Positions 18,847 through 27,737 of a DNA stretch of 64,000 bases are shown in pieces; positions within the stretch are counted from its first letter, which is position 1, and every line of letters starts with the position of its first letter. The DNA comes from an uncultured Anaerolineaceae bacterium. Lineage in GTDB: Bacteria > Chloroflexota > Anaerolineae > Anaerolineales > Anaerolineaceae. The stretch is from the NCBI GenBank assembly GCA_964405455.1, contig CAYOOA010000004.1, forward strand, positions 5,342 through 69,341. Direction: 5' to 3'. Under the pieces are notes generated by a model that made no database searches, was not told the origin of the DNA, and was given only the letters and a program-made list of their open reading frames with translations. Both the position numbers and the translations under genes were made by a program.

Positions 18847-19905
18847 TTAACGGGTATGTTCGGTTGCCAGTTGACCGCAACCTGCCTGGATATCAATGCC
18901 GCGCCGGATACGGATGGTACACGGGATGCCGTTCTTCTCAAGGATGGCCTTGAATGCAGCCGCTCGTTGGTGGGTGGTGGCCTGACCGTTGAATTTCCGG
19001 GTCGGGTTGAGGGGAATCACATTGACATGACAGAGCATGCCTTTCAGCAGCCCGGCCAGCCTGGTCGCTGTTTCCGGGGTGTCGTTGACGCCCTGGATGA
19101 GGGCCCATTCAAAAGTGATGCGCCGGCCGGTTTTTTCCACGTATTCGCGGCAGGCTGTTAGCAGGTCGGAAATCGGGTAGCGCTTATTGACCGGGAGCAG
19201 GGCTGATCGTTCTTCGTCTGAGGCAGCATGCAGGCTGATGGCCAGGTTGATCTGGCGCTTTTCATCGGCAAAGCGGCGAATCATGGGGATGAGGCCGACC
19301 GTGGAGATGGTGAAACGGCGCTCGCCCAGGTTCATCCCGGCCGGATGATTCAGCCGGTCCACGGCAGCGAGGGTGGCCTCGTAATTATGAAATGGTTCGC
19401 CCATGCCCATCACGACAATGTTGGTTACATGTTCGCCCATAGCCTTCAATTGGCGAGCGTAATATAAAACCTGTTCGACGATTTCACCGCTGGTCAGGTG
19501 GCGCTTGAATCCCATCTGGCCGGTGGCGCAAAAAACGCAACCCATGGCACAGCCGGCCTGGCTGGAGATACAAAGAGTACGGCGCTGCTCGTAGCGCATC
19601 AGCACGGCTTCAATGGCCCAATTGTCATGCAGGGTGAACAGCGTTTTCACAGTTTCGCCGTCTTTTGACTGGAGCACAGCACCCGGCCTCAGTCCGGCGA
19701 AGCGAAAATTATCTGCCAATTTGGCCTGAAGGGATTTCGGGATGTTGCTGAACTGCTCGGGCCTTTCCCATAATTGGACATACAGCCCATGCCAGATTTG
19801 CCCGGCCCGATAGGCAGGCTCTCCCCAGGATTGGACCAACACGGTGAGTTCCTCCAGGGTCAAATCATAAATCAGCGGCAGGGTCGTCATTTTCATCCTC
19901 AGCAT
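18847..19905 (-). CDS. rlmN: 23S rRNA/tRNA (adenine-C2)-methyltransferase, radical SAM
   Basis: Radical-SAM cluster motif 'CAMGCVFCATG', then 'MGMGEPFHNY' and C-terminal 'DIQAGCGQL'. Confidence 0.92.
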   Translation of the reverse strand: MLRMKMTTLPLIYDLTLEELTVLVQSWGEPAYRAGQIWHGLYVQLWERPEQFSNIPKSLQAKLADNFRFAGLRPGAVLQSKDGETVKTLFTLHDNWAIEAVLMRYEQRRTLCISSQAGCAMGCVFCATGQMGFKRHLTSGEIVEQVLYYARQLKAMGEHVTNIVVMGMGEPFHNYEATLAAVDRLNHPAGMNLGERRFTISTVGLIPMIRRFADEKRQINLAISLHAASDEERSALLPVNKRYPISDLLTACREYVEKTGRRITFEWALIQGVNDTPETATRLAGLLKGMLCHVNVIPLNPTRKFNGQATTHQRAAAFKAILEKNGIPCTIRIRRGIDIQAGCGQLATEHTR

Positions 19906-19908
19906 CGA

Positions 19909-20685
19909 TCAAGAAAGCACCAGTTGGTGCAAGTCCTCGGCAATAAAATCAGGGCCAGGCTGGGCCTGAAGGGCCATCTCACGCGTGGTTACTCCGCTAA
20001 GGACCAGGGCTGTCTTGCAGCCGGCATTCTGCCCGCCGAGGATATCCGTTTCCAGGCGGTCGCCGACCATCAGGGTTTCTGCCGGACGGGTTCCCAGGCG
20101 TTGCAGCGCCACCTCGAGGATGGCCGGATGGGGCTTTCCGGCGATGATGGGGGTTTGATCGGTGGAAGCTTCCAGGGCAGCCAGCAGCGCGCCGGCACCC
20201 GGGATCAATCCCTCCGGGGTGGGGAAGGTGCGGTCCGGGTTGGTTGCGTAGAATTTCGCACCCGCCCGGATGAGCAGGGTGGCGGTACGAAGTTTATCAA
20301 AGGTAATCTGGCGATCAATTCCAACGACAACAGCGACCGGATAAGAGTCCGTCAAGTAAAATCCGCGCTCGGCCAGGGCAACCTGCAGACCGGTTTCGCC
20401 GATCACATACACCGGACCGCCCATGGGGAACTTGCGGTGAAGCAGGTCAGCCACAGCCTGGCTGGAAGTCAGGATCTGGGATTCCTCCAGTTCAACACCA
20501 AAATCCCGAATCAGCGCCTGATAGGCAGCCGGGGTCTTGGTTGAGTTGTTGGTTGCCAGGACGATTTTCCATCCGCGGCGGAGCATTTCATTGAAGGTGG
20601 CTGGCATATCAATAAGGGGTGATTTCTCCCGCCACAAGACGCCGTCCATATCGAGGATAACACCCTTGATTTGTGATAAATCCAT
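19909..20685 (-). CDS. HAD-superfamily hydrolase, subfamily IIA (NagD-like sugar phosphatase)
   Basis: 'GVILDMDGVLWR', 'LATNNSTKT', 'GKPHPAILE' and 'VGDRLETDILGG'. Confidence 0.8.
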   Translation of the reverse strand: MDLSQIKGVILDMDGVLWREKSPLIDMPATFNEMLRRGWKIVLATNNSTKTPAAYQALIRDFGVELEESQILTSSQAVADLLHRKFPMGGPVYVIGETGLQVALAERGFYLTDSYPVAVVVGIDRQITFDKLRTATLLIRAGAKFYATNPDRTFPTPEGLIPGAGALLAALEASTDQTPIIAGKPHPAILEVALQRLGTRPAETLMVGDRLETDILGGQNAGCKTALVLSGVTTREMALQAQPGPDFIAEDLHQLVLS

Positions 20686-20701
20686 TGGCTTTCCTATAGG
20701 G

Positions 20702-20731
20702 CCAGGCCGGAGGGGATGCCCTCCGGCCTGG
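20702..20731 (-). terminator. 13-bp GC-rich hairpin downstream of clpP (no U-tract; possible terminator or processing site)
   Basis: CCAGGCCGGAGGG-gatg-CCCTCCGGCCTGG. Confidence 0.35.
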
Positions 20732-20754
20732 GTTTGATGGTAATGTGAAGTTGC

Positions 20755-21360
20755 TTATCTGGCCGGCGGGGTGAGGATTTGATCCACCAGGCCGTATTCC
20801 ATCGCCTGCTGGGCGGTGAAATACACATCGCGTTCCGTATCGCGTTCGATCACTTCCAGCGGCTGGCCGGTATTGCCCGACATGATCTCATTCAAGCGTG
20901 AGCGCAGGCGGAGGATTTCCTTGGCCTGGATCTCAATGTCAGTCGCCTGGCCCTGGGCGCCGCCCAGGGGTTGGTGCATGTGGATGGTGGCGTGGGGCAG
21001 GGCATAACGCATGCCCTTGGTTCCGGCCGCCAGCAAAACAGTGCCGAAGGAAGCAGTCAGACCGACTGCCACGGTGCTGATCTTGTTGGGGATCATCATC
21101 ATGGTGTCATAAATCGCCATACCGGCGTAGATTTGGCCGCCTGGCGATTGGATGTACATCTGGATTTCCCGCTCCGGGTCCTCGTGGCTGAGGAAGAGGA
21201 GCTGGGCAATGATGAGGTTGGAAATCTGGTCATCGATGGCCGTGCCGAGGAAGATGATCCGTTCCTTGAGTAGCAGGGAATAGATATCATAGGCGCGTTC
21301 ACCGCGGCCCGAGGATTCAACAACCATCGGGATGACAGAGCGAAAATTGGGTATGGACAT
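20755..21360 (-). CDS. clpP: ATP-dependent Clp protease proteolytic subunit
   Basis: '[19 protein letters not shown]', '[14 protein letters not shown]' (catalytic Ser) and 'MHQPLGG'. AGGAG SD. Confidence 0.95.
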   Translation of the reverse strand: MSIPNFRSVIPMVVESSGRGERAYDIYSLLLKERIIFLGTAIDDQISNLIIAQLLFLSHEDPEREIQMYIQSPGGQIYAGMAIYDTMMMIPNKISTVAVGLTASFGTVLLAAGTKGMRYALPHATIHMHQPLGGAQGQATDIEIQAKEILRLRSRLNEIMSGNTGQPLEVIERDTERDVYFTAQQAMEYGLVDQILTPPAR

Positions 21361-21394
21361 GGGTTTCTCCTGTTATTCCAAACCGAAAGAATGC

Positions 21395-22819
21395 TTAGGC
21401 AGCCGGTTGATCCTCAACCGGAGTTTCAGCGGTAGGCTCTACAACCGGGGCTTCTCCCTCAGCGACCGTTTCAGGTTCGCGTGAAGGATTTTCGCCGGTG
21501 GCAATGGCTTTCAGGCGGTTCATGATCTTTTCATTCATCAGACGGCTGGCAGTATCCATGGCAAGGGCGTTGGTAAAGTCGCGCCGGGAAACTCCCTTGG
21601 GAATGCGATTGAGTTCGCCGTACTGGTTCATCTGCTGCAATGTGTTGCTAACTTCCTGCATCAGCTCATCGGTATCGAGGATAATATTTTCTGACCGGGA
21701 AAGCTCATCCAGCACCAGGGCGCGAACCAACCGGCGGATGGCAACGGGCTTGACTTCTTCCTCGATGAAGGCTTCGCGGGTCTTCTCCTGGGTTTTCAAG
21801 TAGGTTTCCAGGTCCATGTTCTGATCAGCCAGCTGGTGCTCAAAGGAATGCAGAACCTCATGGATCTCATCCTCCAGCATTTGAGGGGGATACTTGACGG
21901 TCGACATCTCAATCACCTGGTCAACCAATTCGCGGAGGTAATTCTGGGTGTAGCTGCGATTCTTGTTGGTGTCCAGTTCAGCCCGGATGGATGTGCGCAA
22001 ACCTTCGAGATTTTCAAAGGGGCCAACGGTAGTGGCAAATTCATCGGTGAGTTCCGGGACAGTGAGCGATTTCACTTCGTTGACTGAAATGGAGAACTCA
22101 ATTTCCTTGCCGCGGAATTCCTCAGCCGGTTCTTCCTCGGCAAAAGCGTGGCGGAATGTCTTCACGTCCCCGGCAGAAAGACCAACCAGCTCCAGGCTGA
22201 AGCCGTGATACGGCCATTCTACGGTACCGTCATCGTAAGTGGAAACCAGCACCTGTTCGGGTGTATTCTCGATCAAAGTCGCGTTTTCGCCCTCCTGGGG
22301 ATTGACCACGGTGGCCGAGAAATTAATCCCCACCACATCGCCCACCTGGGCAGGTCGTTCCACGGCTTCAGTTGTGCCGTAGGATTGCTGCAGGTTCTTC
22401 AAGACGCGATCAATATCCTGGTCTTCGATGGGTTCGGGGGTGTATTCCTTACGAATGGAGCGGTAATCACCCAGGACAACTTCCGGCTTCAGAGGGACCA
22501 CAAAGCGGAAGGTGGGCGGATCCAGGCTGACAACCTCTTCAAGCGCACCCGATCCGGAAGGCTCAATACCAGCCTCCTTGAGAACCTGGGGGTATTGGTC
22601 GTCGACGAGCAATTCCACGGCCTCTTCCACCAGGGCGGCATCGCCCACCGTGCGGCGGACTAAATCATAGGGAGCCTTGCCGGGGCGGAAGCCCGGAATA
22701 CGAACCTGGCCGGCCAGCTTGCGGGCCGCCCGGTGCTTAAACTGTTCCAGGGTTTCCAAATCAAATTCAGCGATAATCGTGATCTGTTGATCTTCGCGGG
22801 GTTGGGTTTCAATTTTCAA
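21395..22819 (-). CDS. tig: trigger factor
   Basis: N-terminal ribosome-binding 'GFRPGKAP' motif, a central FKBP-like region and a helical C-terminal arm. Canonical tig-clpP synteny. TTG start. Confidence 0.92.
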   Translation of the reverse strand: MKIETQPREDQQITIIAEFDLETLEQFKHRAARKLAGQVRIPGFRPGKAPYDLVRRTVGDAALVEEAVELLVDDQYPQVLKEAGIEPSGSGALEEVVSLDPPTFRFVVPLKPEVVLGDYRSIRKEYTPEPIEDQDIDRVLKNLQQSYGTTEAVERPAQVGDVVGINFSATVVNPQEGENATLIENTPEQVLVSTYDDGTVEWPYHGFSLELVGLSAGDVKTFRHAFAEEEPAEEFRGKEIEFSISVNEVKSLTVPELTDEFATTVGPFENLEGLRTSIRAELDTNKNRSYTQNYLRELVDQVIEMSTVKYPPQMLEDEIHEVLHSFEHQLADQNMDLETYLKTQEKTREAFIEEEVKPVAIRRLVRALVLDELSRSENIILDTDELMQEVSNTLQQMNQYGELNRIPKGVSRRDFTNALAMDTASRLMNEKIMNRLKAIATGENPSREPETVAEGEAPVVEPTAETPVEDQPAA

Positions 22820-22855
22820 AGCAGCAATCCTTCTTCGTATAGGTATTTGATTTTA

Positions 22856-22937
22856 TGGGGATGGAGGGACTTGAACCCTCACGCCTTTCGGCACATGATC
22901 CTAAGTCATGCCCGTCTGCCAATTCCGGCACATCCCC
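22856..22937 (-). tRNA. tRNA-Leu (anticodon UAG)
   Basis: Folds by hand into a cloverleaf. Acceptor stem GGGGATG/CATCCCC plus discriminator A, 3-bp D stem, and anticodon stem CATGA/TCATG with loop CT-TAG-GA. Long variable arm GCC-GAAA-GGC and T arm GAGGG-TTCAAGT-CCCTC. CCA is not encoded. Confidence 0.9.
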
Positions 22938-22947
22938 GGAACTAAGG

Positions 22948-22976
22948 ATTATAAGTGATAGGAAAAGCTGCGTCAA
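22948..22976 (-). promoter_or_regulatory. near-consensus sigma-70 promoter of tRNA-Leu
   Basis: The minus strand reads TTGACG (22976-22971), a 17-nt spacer, then TATAAT (22953-22948). The -10 box ends 10 nt before the mature tRNA 5' end. Confidence 0.65.
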
Positions 22977-23028
22977 TAATCGAGTATAATTTTGGCCGAA
23001 ATTAATAAAACTATTATGGAGGCGAACA

Positions 23029-23451
23029 TTGAGCCGGATCATTAACCCGGAAGGAGCGGCAAAGGAACGCACCCGGATCACACGCTCCATTGTTCTGGCG
23101 CTGCGTGAACTGATGCGCCAGCAGGATTTGAGTGATGAGAGCCGCGACCTGATGGCTTTTATTGCCCTGGCTTTATTGGATCTATATGCAACGGTTGATT
23201 CATCCGTGGGGGCGTGGGAAAAACGCGGTTACTGGGTGAAGGCAGAGCGCTTCCGCATGGAATGGGAATGGTCGCAACATCAGGGCGAAAAAATGCGTAA
23301 AGCCGTGTTGGACGAGGACTGGGCTGGGGTGGCTCAATGCGCAGCAGTCACCGGACAGAAGCTTGCGAAGGTCAGCGTTCCCATCCGCCACAAGCTGGGA
23401 ACCCCCTGGGTGGGCGCTTACGAACAGCTCATCGATCAAGCCAGGAAATAA
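23029..23451 (+). CDS. hypothetical protein (140 aa)
   Basis: TTG start 6 nt after GGAGG, coding-like composition and a strong terminator right after the stop. No motif I can assign. Confidence 0.55.
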   Translation: MSRIINPEGAAKERTRITRSIVLALRELMRQQDLSDESRDLMAFIALALLDLYATVDSSVGAWEKRGYWVKAERFRMEWEWSQHQGEKMRKAVLDEDWAGVAQCAAVTGQKLAKVSVPIRHKLGTPWVGAYEQLIDQARK

Positions 23452-23460
23452 ATCAATAAA

Positions 23461-23488
23461 AAACGGCCGCCTCATCAGGCGGCCGTTT
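23461..23488. terminator. bidirectional intrinsic terminator
   Basis: AAACGGCCGCC-tcatca-GGCGGCCGTTT with an A-run before and a T-run after, between convergent genes. Confidence 0.8.
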
Positions 23489-23504
23489 GATTACCGGTTG
23501 ATGC

Positions 23505-25613
23505 TTATTTCTTCTTCAGGATGATGCGGGCATCCACAACCTTGATCCCCTTGCCGTCTTCGTAGACGAGGACAGGGTTGGCATCCGATTCGCTGATTTC
23601 ATCCGCCAGGTCGATGATCATCGCGGAGTACCGGGAAACTGTCTCGGACATGGCCTTGGTATCGCGGGGAGCTTCTCCGCGTACACCCGCCAGGATGGGG
23701 GCGCCACGAATTTCACCCAGCATGCGCATGGCCTGACCGGAGCTGACCGGTGCAACCCGGAAGGTGACGTCCTTGAGGACTTCGACGAAGATACCACCCA
23801 GGCCAAACATCATCGTCGGGCCAAAGGTTGGATCATTGACGGAGCCGAGGATGACTTCCGTGCCCCAGGGGGCCATTTCCTGCACAGCAATGCCGTGAAT
23901 GTTGGCATCCGCTTTATACTTCAGCGAGTTGGCCATGATCGTGCGGAAGGCTTCGCGAACAGCGTTTTCGTCTTTGATATTGACCTTGACACCGCCGGCA
24001 TCTGATTTGTGCAGGATGTCTGGTGAGACGATCTTCATTACGACCGGGAATCCAATTTCCTTGGCCAGGCGCACTGCTTCCTCTTCGGTCTTGGCCAGTT
24101 TGGTGGATGTGACCGGCAGTCCGTAGCAGGCAAAGATTTGCTTGGCCTCAATTTCGGTTAATGAGCCACGGCCTTCAGCGCGGGCGTGGGCAATGATTTG
24201 CAGTGCGGCAGCCCGGTCAGCCTGGCCCTGGGCCGCTTCGGTTTCACCGAGAGTGGCTTTCAGGCGGGAGAATTCACGCAGGGCAGCCATGGCGTTGACA
24301 GCCAGGTCCGGGGCGGGATAGGCAGGAACACCGTGTTCCACCAGCCAGCTCATGGCAGCTTCCGATTTTTCGCCACCGACAAAGGATACGGTGACCGGCT
24401 TCCCGGTGATACCGGCTTCCTGCAGAGCTGCATGGATGGCCTGGGCAATTTCCATCGGGTTGGTCATGGCGGTTTCACAATAGAGAACCACCAGGCCGTC
24501 CACCCAGCTGTGAGCATAGGCGAACTTGACCGAGTCGTGATACCACTCATTACCGGCCATACCAGTCAAATCAACCGGGTTCTTGGCGGAACCGAATTCC
24601 GGCATATGTTTCTTGAGCTCGTTCTGAACATCCACGGGGGCGAACTTCAGGGGAAGGCCGTAGCGTTCCGCTGCATCCGTGGCCAGAACACCCACGCCAC
24701 CACCGTTGGTGATGATGAGCAGGTTGTCGCCGTTCATGGGCGGTTGCAGGGAAAGGGCCAGGGTGCGGTCGAAGAGGTTGTCCAGGTCGGAGGCCTGAAT
24801 CACACCACCCTGCTGGAAGGCAGCACCGTACACTTTGGCGGCTCCGGCCAGGGAGCCGGTGTGGGAGGCTGCTGCAGCAGCGCCGTGGGCAGATACACCA
24901 GCTTTGAGGGCAATGATCGGTTTGCTGGACTTACGGGCAGCTTCGATAAAGCGGCGGCCGTCCTTGAATCCTTCGATGTATAGGGTGATGCAGGACGTGT
25001 TGGGGTCATCTTCGAGAAATTCGATCAGGTCAGCAAAGTCAACATCCGACATATTGCCGATCGAGACCAGGCGGTCAAAGCCTACGCGGCGGGTGTAAGT
25101 GGCTGCGTCCAAAGCGATGAGCAGAGCACCGGATTGAGAAACCAGGGTGGCTTTGCCATTCAAGGGCAGGAACGGCGCAAAAGAGGCATTCAGTTGGTCG
25201 GAGTTGGAAAGATTGCCGACGATGTTTGGTCCCAGGACGCGCATGCCGTACTGGCGGGAGATGGCCACCAGTTGATCTTCCAGGTCGCGCCGGCCGACTT
25301 CACTGAAGCCGGAAGTAATGACGATCAAGCCTTTGACGCCTTTTTTACCGCATTCATCCGCCACTTCCAAAACCAGTTTGGCGGGGACGGTGACCACGGC
25401 TGCATCGATTGAATCGGGCACATCGGCGATCGTTGGATAGACCTTGAGCCCCAGGATTTCAGTCGCGGTGGGGTTGATCGGGTAGATTTTTCCGTTGTAT
25501 TTACCTTCAATCAGGTTGGCCATAACGGTGTAGCCGATTTTCCCCGGGGTGGCTGAAGCGCCAATGACAGCAATTGTTTTTGGCCGCATTAATCCAATTA
25601 ATGCCTTGTCCAT
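23505..25613 (-). CDS. ADP-forming acetyl-CoA synthetase (acetate--CoA ligase), fused alpha/beta domains
   Basis: 702 aa with an N-terminal CoA-binding fold 'PKTIAVIGASATPGKIGY', a succinyl-CoA-synthetase-like ligase domain 'SHTGSLAG' (phospho-His loop) and a C-terminal ATP-grasp. GGAGGAAG SD. Confidence 0.88.
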   Translation of the reverse strand: MDKALIGLMRPKTIAVIGASATPGKIGYTVMANLIEGKYNGKIYPINPTATEILGLKVYPTIADVPDSIDAAVVTVPAKLVLEVADECGKKGVKGLIVITSGFSEVGRRDLEDQLVAISRQYGMRVLGPNIVGNLSNSDQLNASFAPFLPLNGKATLVSQSGALLIALDAATYTRRVGFDRLVSIGNMSDVDFADLIEFLEDDPNTSCITLYIEGFKDGRRFIEAARKSSKPIIALKAGVSAHGAAAAASHTGSLAGAAKVYGAAFQQGGVIQASDLDNLFDRTLALSLQPPMNGDNLLIITNGGGVGVLATDAAERYGLPLKFAPVDVQNELKKHMPEFGSAKNPVDLTGMAGNEWYHDSVKFAYAHSWVDGLVVLYCETAMTNPMEIAQAIHAALQEAGITGKPVTVSFVGGEKSEAAMSWLVEHGVPAYPAPDLAVNAMAALREFSRLKATLGETEAAQGQADRAAALQIIAHARAEGRGSLTEIEAKQIFACYGLPVTSTKLAKTEEEAVRLAKEIGFPVVMKIVSPDILHKSDAGGVKVNIKDENAVREAFRTIMANSLKYKADANIHGIAVQEMAPWGTEVILGSVNDPTFGPTMMFGLGGIFVEVLKDVTFRVAPVSSGQAMRMLGEIRGAPILAGVRGEAPRDTKAMSETVSRYSAMIIDLADEISESDANPVLVYEDGKGIKVVDARIILKKK

Positions 25614-25686
25614 TCTATTCTTCCTCCGAAATTTCGATTTAATTCATCAATTGATGAAAGATTTCACGATCGGGTCAGACAGTACT

Positions 25687-26286
25687 CTAGTATACTTGAT
25701 TTTCTTCTGAATGGGATACACCACTGGCGAGTATTTCATCCAGGAGGGGACCGGGGTCCAGCAAAAACGGCGGGGGATCAACGTACCCAAAGTAATTCCC
25801 GCCCAGATAGTTTTCATTCCAGTCTTCTGGCGGGGAGGCGTATACTTCAAAATGGAGCATCGCAGAATGGTCCGCACTTTTCAAATCCTGGATATACTGG
25901 GGATCAGAGGTCGTGACCCGGTTTTTCATCAAAACTTCGCCGACCTTGCCGATCATCTGCCCGGCCAGGACAACATCTCCCTGGGCTGCAAGGGATTGCC
26001 CCAGTTCAGCATAACGAAGGAGGATACCTGAAGGAAGCTGAAGCAGGATCGAATAAGTTGTATTCCAGTAGGGAAGGACGCCAGGAGACGTGAAGATGGA
26101 AACAGCTACCACCCGGCCGGTTTGAATAGCGTAGACCGGGCTGCCGGCAGGCGCGTATAGATCCACCCCGGCATGATGCCGGTCACCACGGTCCTGCCAG
26201 AAGGAACCGGGCTGGCCGGGGGGTGGGTATTGGCGGGTGTTCACCGCTCCAACAGGCCAATACATGCCAAGATTTTTACATAACAT
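25687..26286 (-). CDS. M23 (LytM-type) metallopeptidase-domain protein
   Basis: 'HHAGVDLYAPAGSPVYAIQTGRVV' (HxxxD) and 'MLHFEVY' (HxH-like) motifs. I see no N-terminal signal peptide or TM helix. Confidence 0.7.
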   Translation of the reverse strand: MLCKNLGMYWPVGAVNTRQYPPPGQPGSFWQDRGDRHHAGVDLYAPAGSPVYAIQTGRVVAVSIFTSPGVLPYWNTTYSILLQLPSGILLRYAELGQSLAAQGDVVLAGQMIGKVGEVLMKNRVTTSDPQYIQDLKSADHSAMLHFEVYASPPEDWNENYLGGNYFGYVDPPPFLLDPGPLLDEILASGVSHSEENQVY

Positions 26287-26375
26287 GTCAAATAGATTGT
26301 AAGGCTTTTTATATCAAACAAAAATAATCATTTTGGTGGATACAAATCATCAAAATAATCTGGTTGGAGCCGTAA

Positions 26376-27737
26376 ATGTATACAATTATCCGTCCGCCCA
26401 TACAGGAACCAGACCGTGTCAATTTTATTCAACATTTGATTGAAGCAGCCATTACGGCCGCTGATGCACGGAAGGCTGTCCGGGGGGCAGTGAAATGGAA
26501 GAACGATAATTTACAAATCGGGGCAGAGAGCTACCCCACAGCTGAAATCTCTCGAATTCGCATAGTTGCAATCGGAAAAGCCGCCCTGGCGATGACCCGG
26601 GGAGCCGTGGACATCCTGGGTGAGAAGGTCTCGGATGGCATTTTGGTGACCAAGCATTTGCCCCCTGATTGGCAAAGAGAAATTCCAGGCTGCATCCAGG
26701 GCTTGACTGGAGGACATCCAATCCCTGATGAGCACAGCATCGAGAGCGGCAGGGCTGTGGAGGAATTTCTCCGGAGTTCGCGCCAGGGTGATTTGATCCT
26801 GACTTTGATCTCTGGGGGTGGTTCGGCCCTGGTTACACTGCCTTATGCAGGGATTCAACTCAGTGATTTGCAACCGTTAAACCGCAGATTATTGGAGAGC
26901 GGTGCGGAGATCCGGGAAATCAATACCATCCGGAAACACCTGGACCGCATCAAAGGAGGAGGTTTTGCCCGCCTGGCGTTTCCAGCCAGGATTGCCTGCC
27001 TGATCGTGTCGGACGTGATGGGAGACCCGCTGGATGTTATCGCCAGCGGTATGACTGCTGCCGATCCAACAACCTACGCTGATGCTTGGCGAATTCTGGA
27101 ACATTACCGATTATTAACAGGCGTTTCGAACAACATACTTGATATTCTTCAGCGCGGAAACAGAGGAAAGATCCCGGAAACGCCCAAGGCTGGTGATCCA
27201 TGCCTGGAGGGGGTGGCGAATGAAATCATTTTGAATAACGCCAGTGCATTGGAAGGAGCCCTTGGCGAGCTGGAGACGGCAGGTTGGAGAAGCCAGGTCC
27301 TGGAGGAAGAGTTGATAGGAGAAGCTCGTGAAGAAGGCCGCAGACTGGCAGAAATTCTGCGGCAATTGGCAAAGGAAAGCAATTCACGGAAACCCATCTG
27401 CCTGGTTGGAGGAGGCGAAACCACGGTCGAGGTGCGTGGAAGCGGGGTGGGGGGAAGGAACCTGGAATTAGCTCTGGCTGCGGTGGATGTGCTGGGTGGG
27501 GTCCGAGATGTTGCACTGGTCAGCCTGGCCACAGACGGAGAGGACGGAATAACCGGATTTGCCGGTGCCGTGGTCACCGGAAGCACGCTTCGCATAGCCA
27601 AAGAATTAAACATCTCGCCCCGGGATTTCCTGGCTGAAAACAATTCCAGCCGCTTTTTTGAAGCGGCTGGAGGATTGATTAGAACCGGGTCCACCGGGAC
27701 GAATGTGAACGATCTTGTATTGCTGATGGCCTGGTGA
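26376..27737 (+). CDS. glycerate 2-kinase / hydroxypyruvate reductase-like protein (DUF4147 + MOFRL family)
   Basis: 'IRIVAIGKAALAM', 'GGHPIPDE', 'LISGGGSAL' and the C-terminal MOFRL-type 'GGGETTV...GGRNLELALA...TDGEDG...TGTNVNDL'. Confidence 0.85.
   Translation: MYTIIRPPIQEPDRVNFIQHLIEAAITAADARKAVRGAVKWKNDNLQIGAESYPTAEISRIRIVAIGKAALAMTRGAVDILGEKVSDGILVTKHLPPDWQREIPGCIQGLTGGHPIPDEHSIESGRAVEEFLRSSRQGDLILTLISGGGSALVTLPYAGIQLSDLQPLNRRLLESGAEIREINTIRKHLDRIKGGGFARLAFPARIACLIVSDVMGDPLDVIASGMTAADPTTYADAWRILEHYRLLTGVSNNILDILQRGNRGKIPETPKAGDPCLEGVANEIILNNASALEGALGELETAGWRSQVLEEELIGEAREEGRRLAEILRQLAKESNSRKPICLVGGGETTVEVRGSGVGGRNLELALAAVDVLGGVRDVALVSLATDGEDGITGFAGAVVTGSTLRIAKELNISPRDFLAENNSSRFFEAAGGLIRTGSTGTNVNDLVLLMAW

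Noticed and set aside
19774-20544. 256-aa plus-strand ORF antisense to the rlmN 5' end and the HAD-IIA gene
   Set aside because: It lies entirely within and opposite conserved genes and has a low-complexity Gly/Arg/Gln-rich translation. It is a shadow ORF.
22733-23090. ORFs 22733..22945 (+) and 22809..23090 (-) overlapping the tRNA-Leu locus
   Set aside because: The region is explained by the tig 5' end, tRNA-Leu and its promoter, so these ORFs are incidental.
24186-24983. 265-aa plus-strand ORF antisense to the acetyl-CoA synthetase gene
   Set aside because: It is a shadow ORF on the opposite strand of a gene with clear domain motifs, with no start-site signals.
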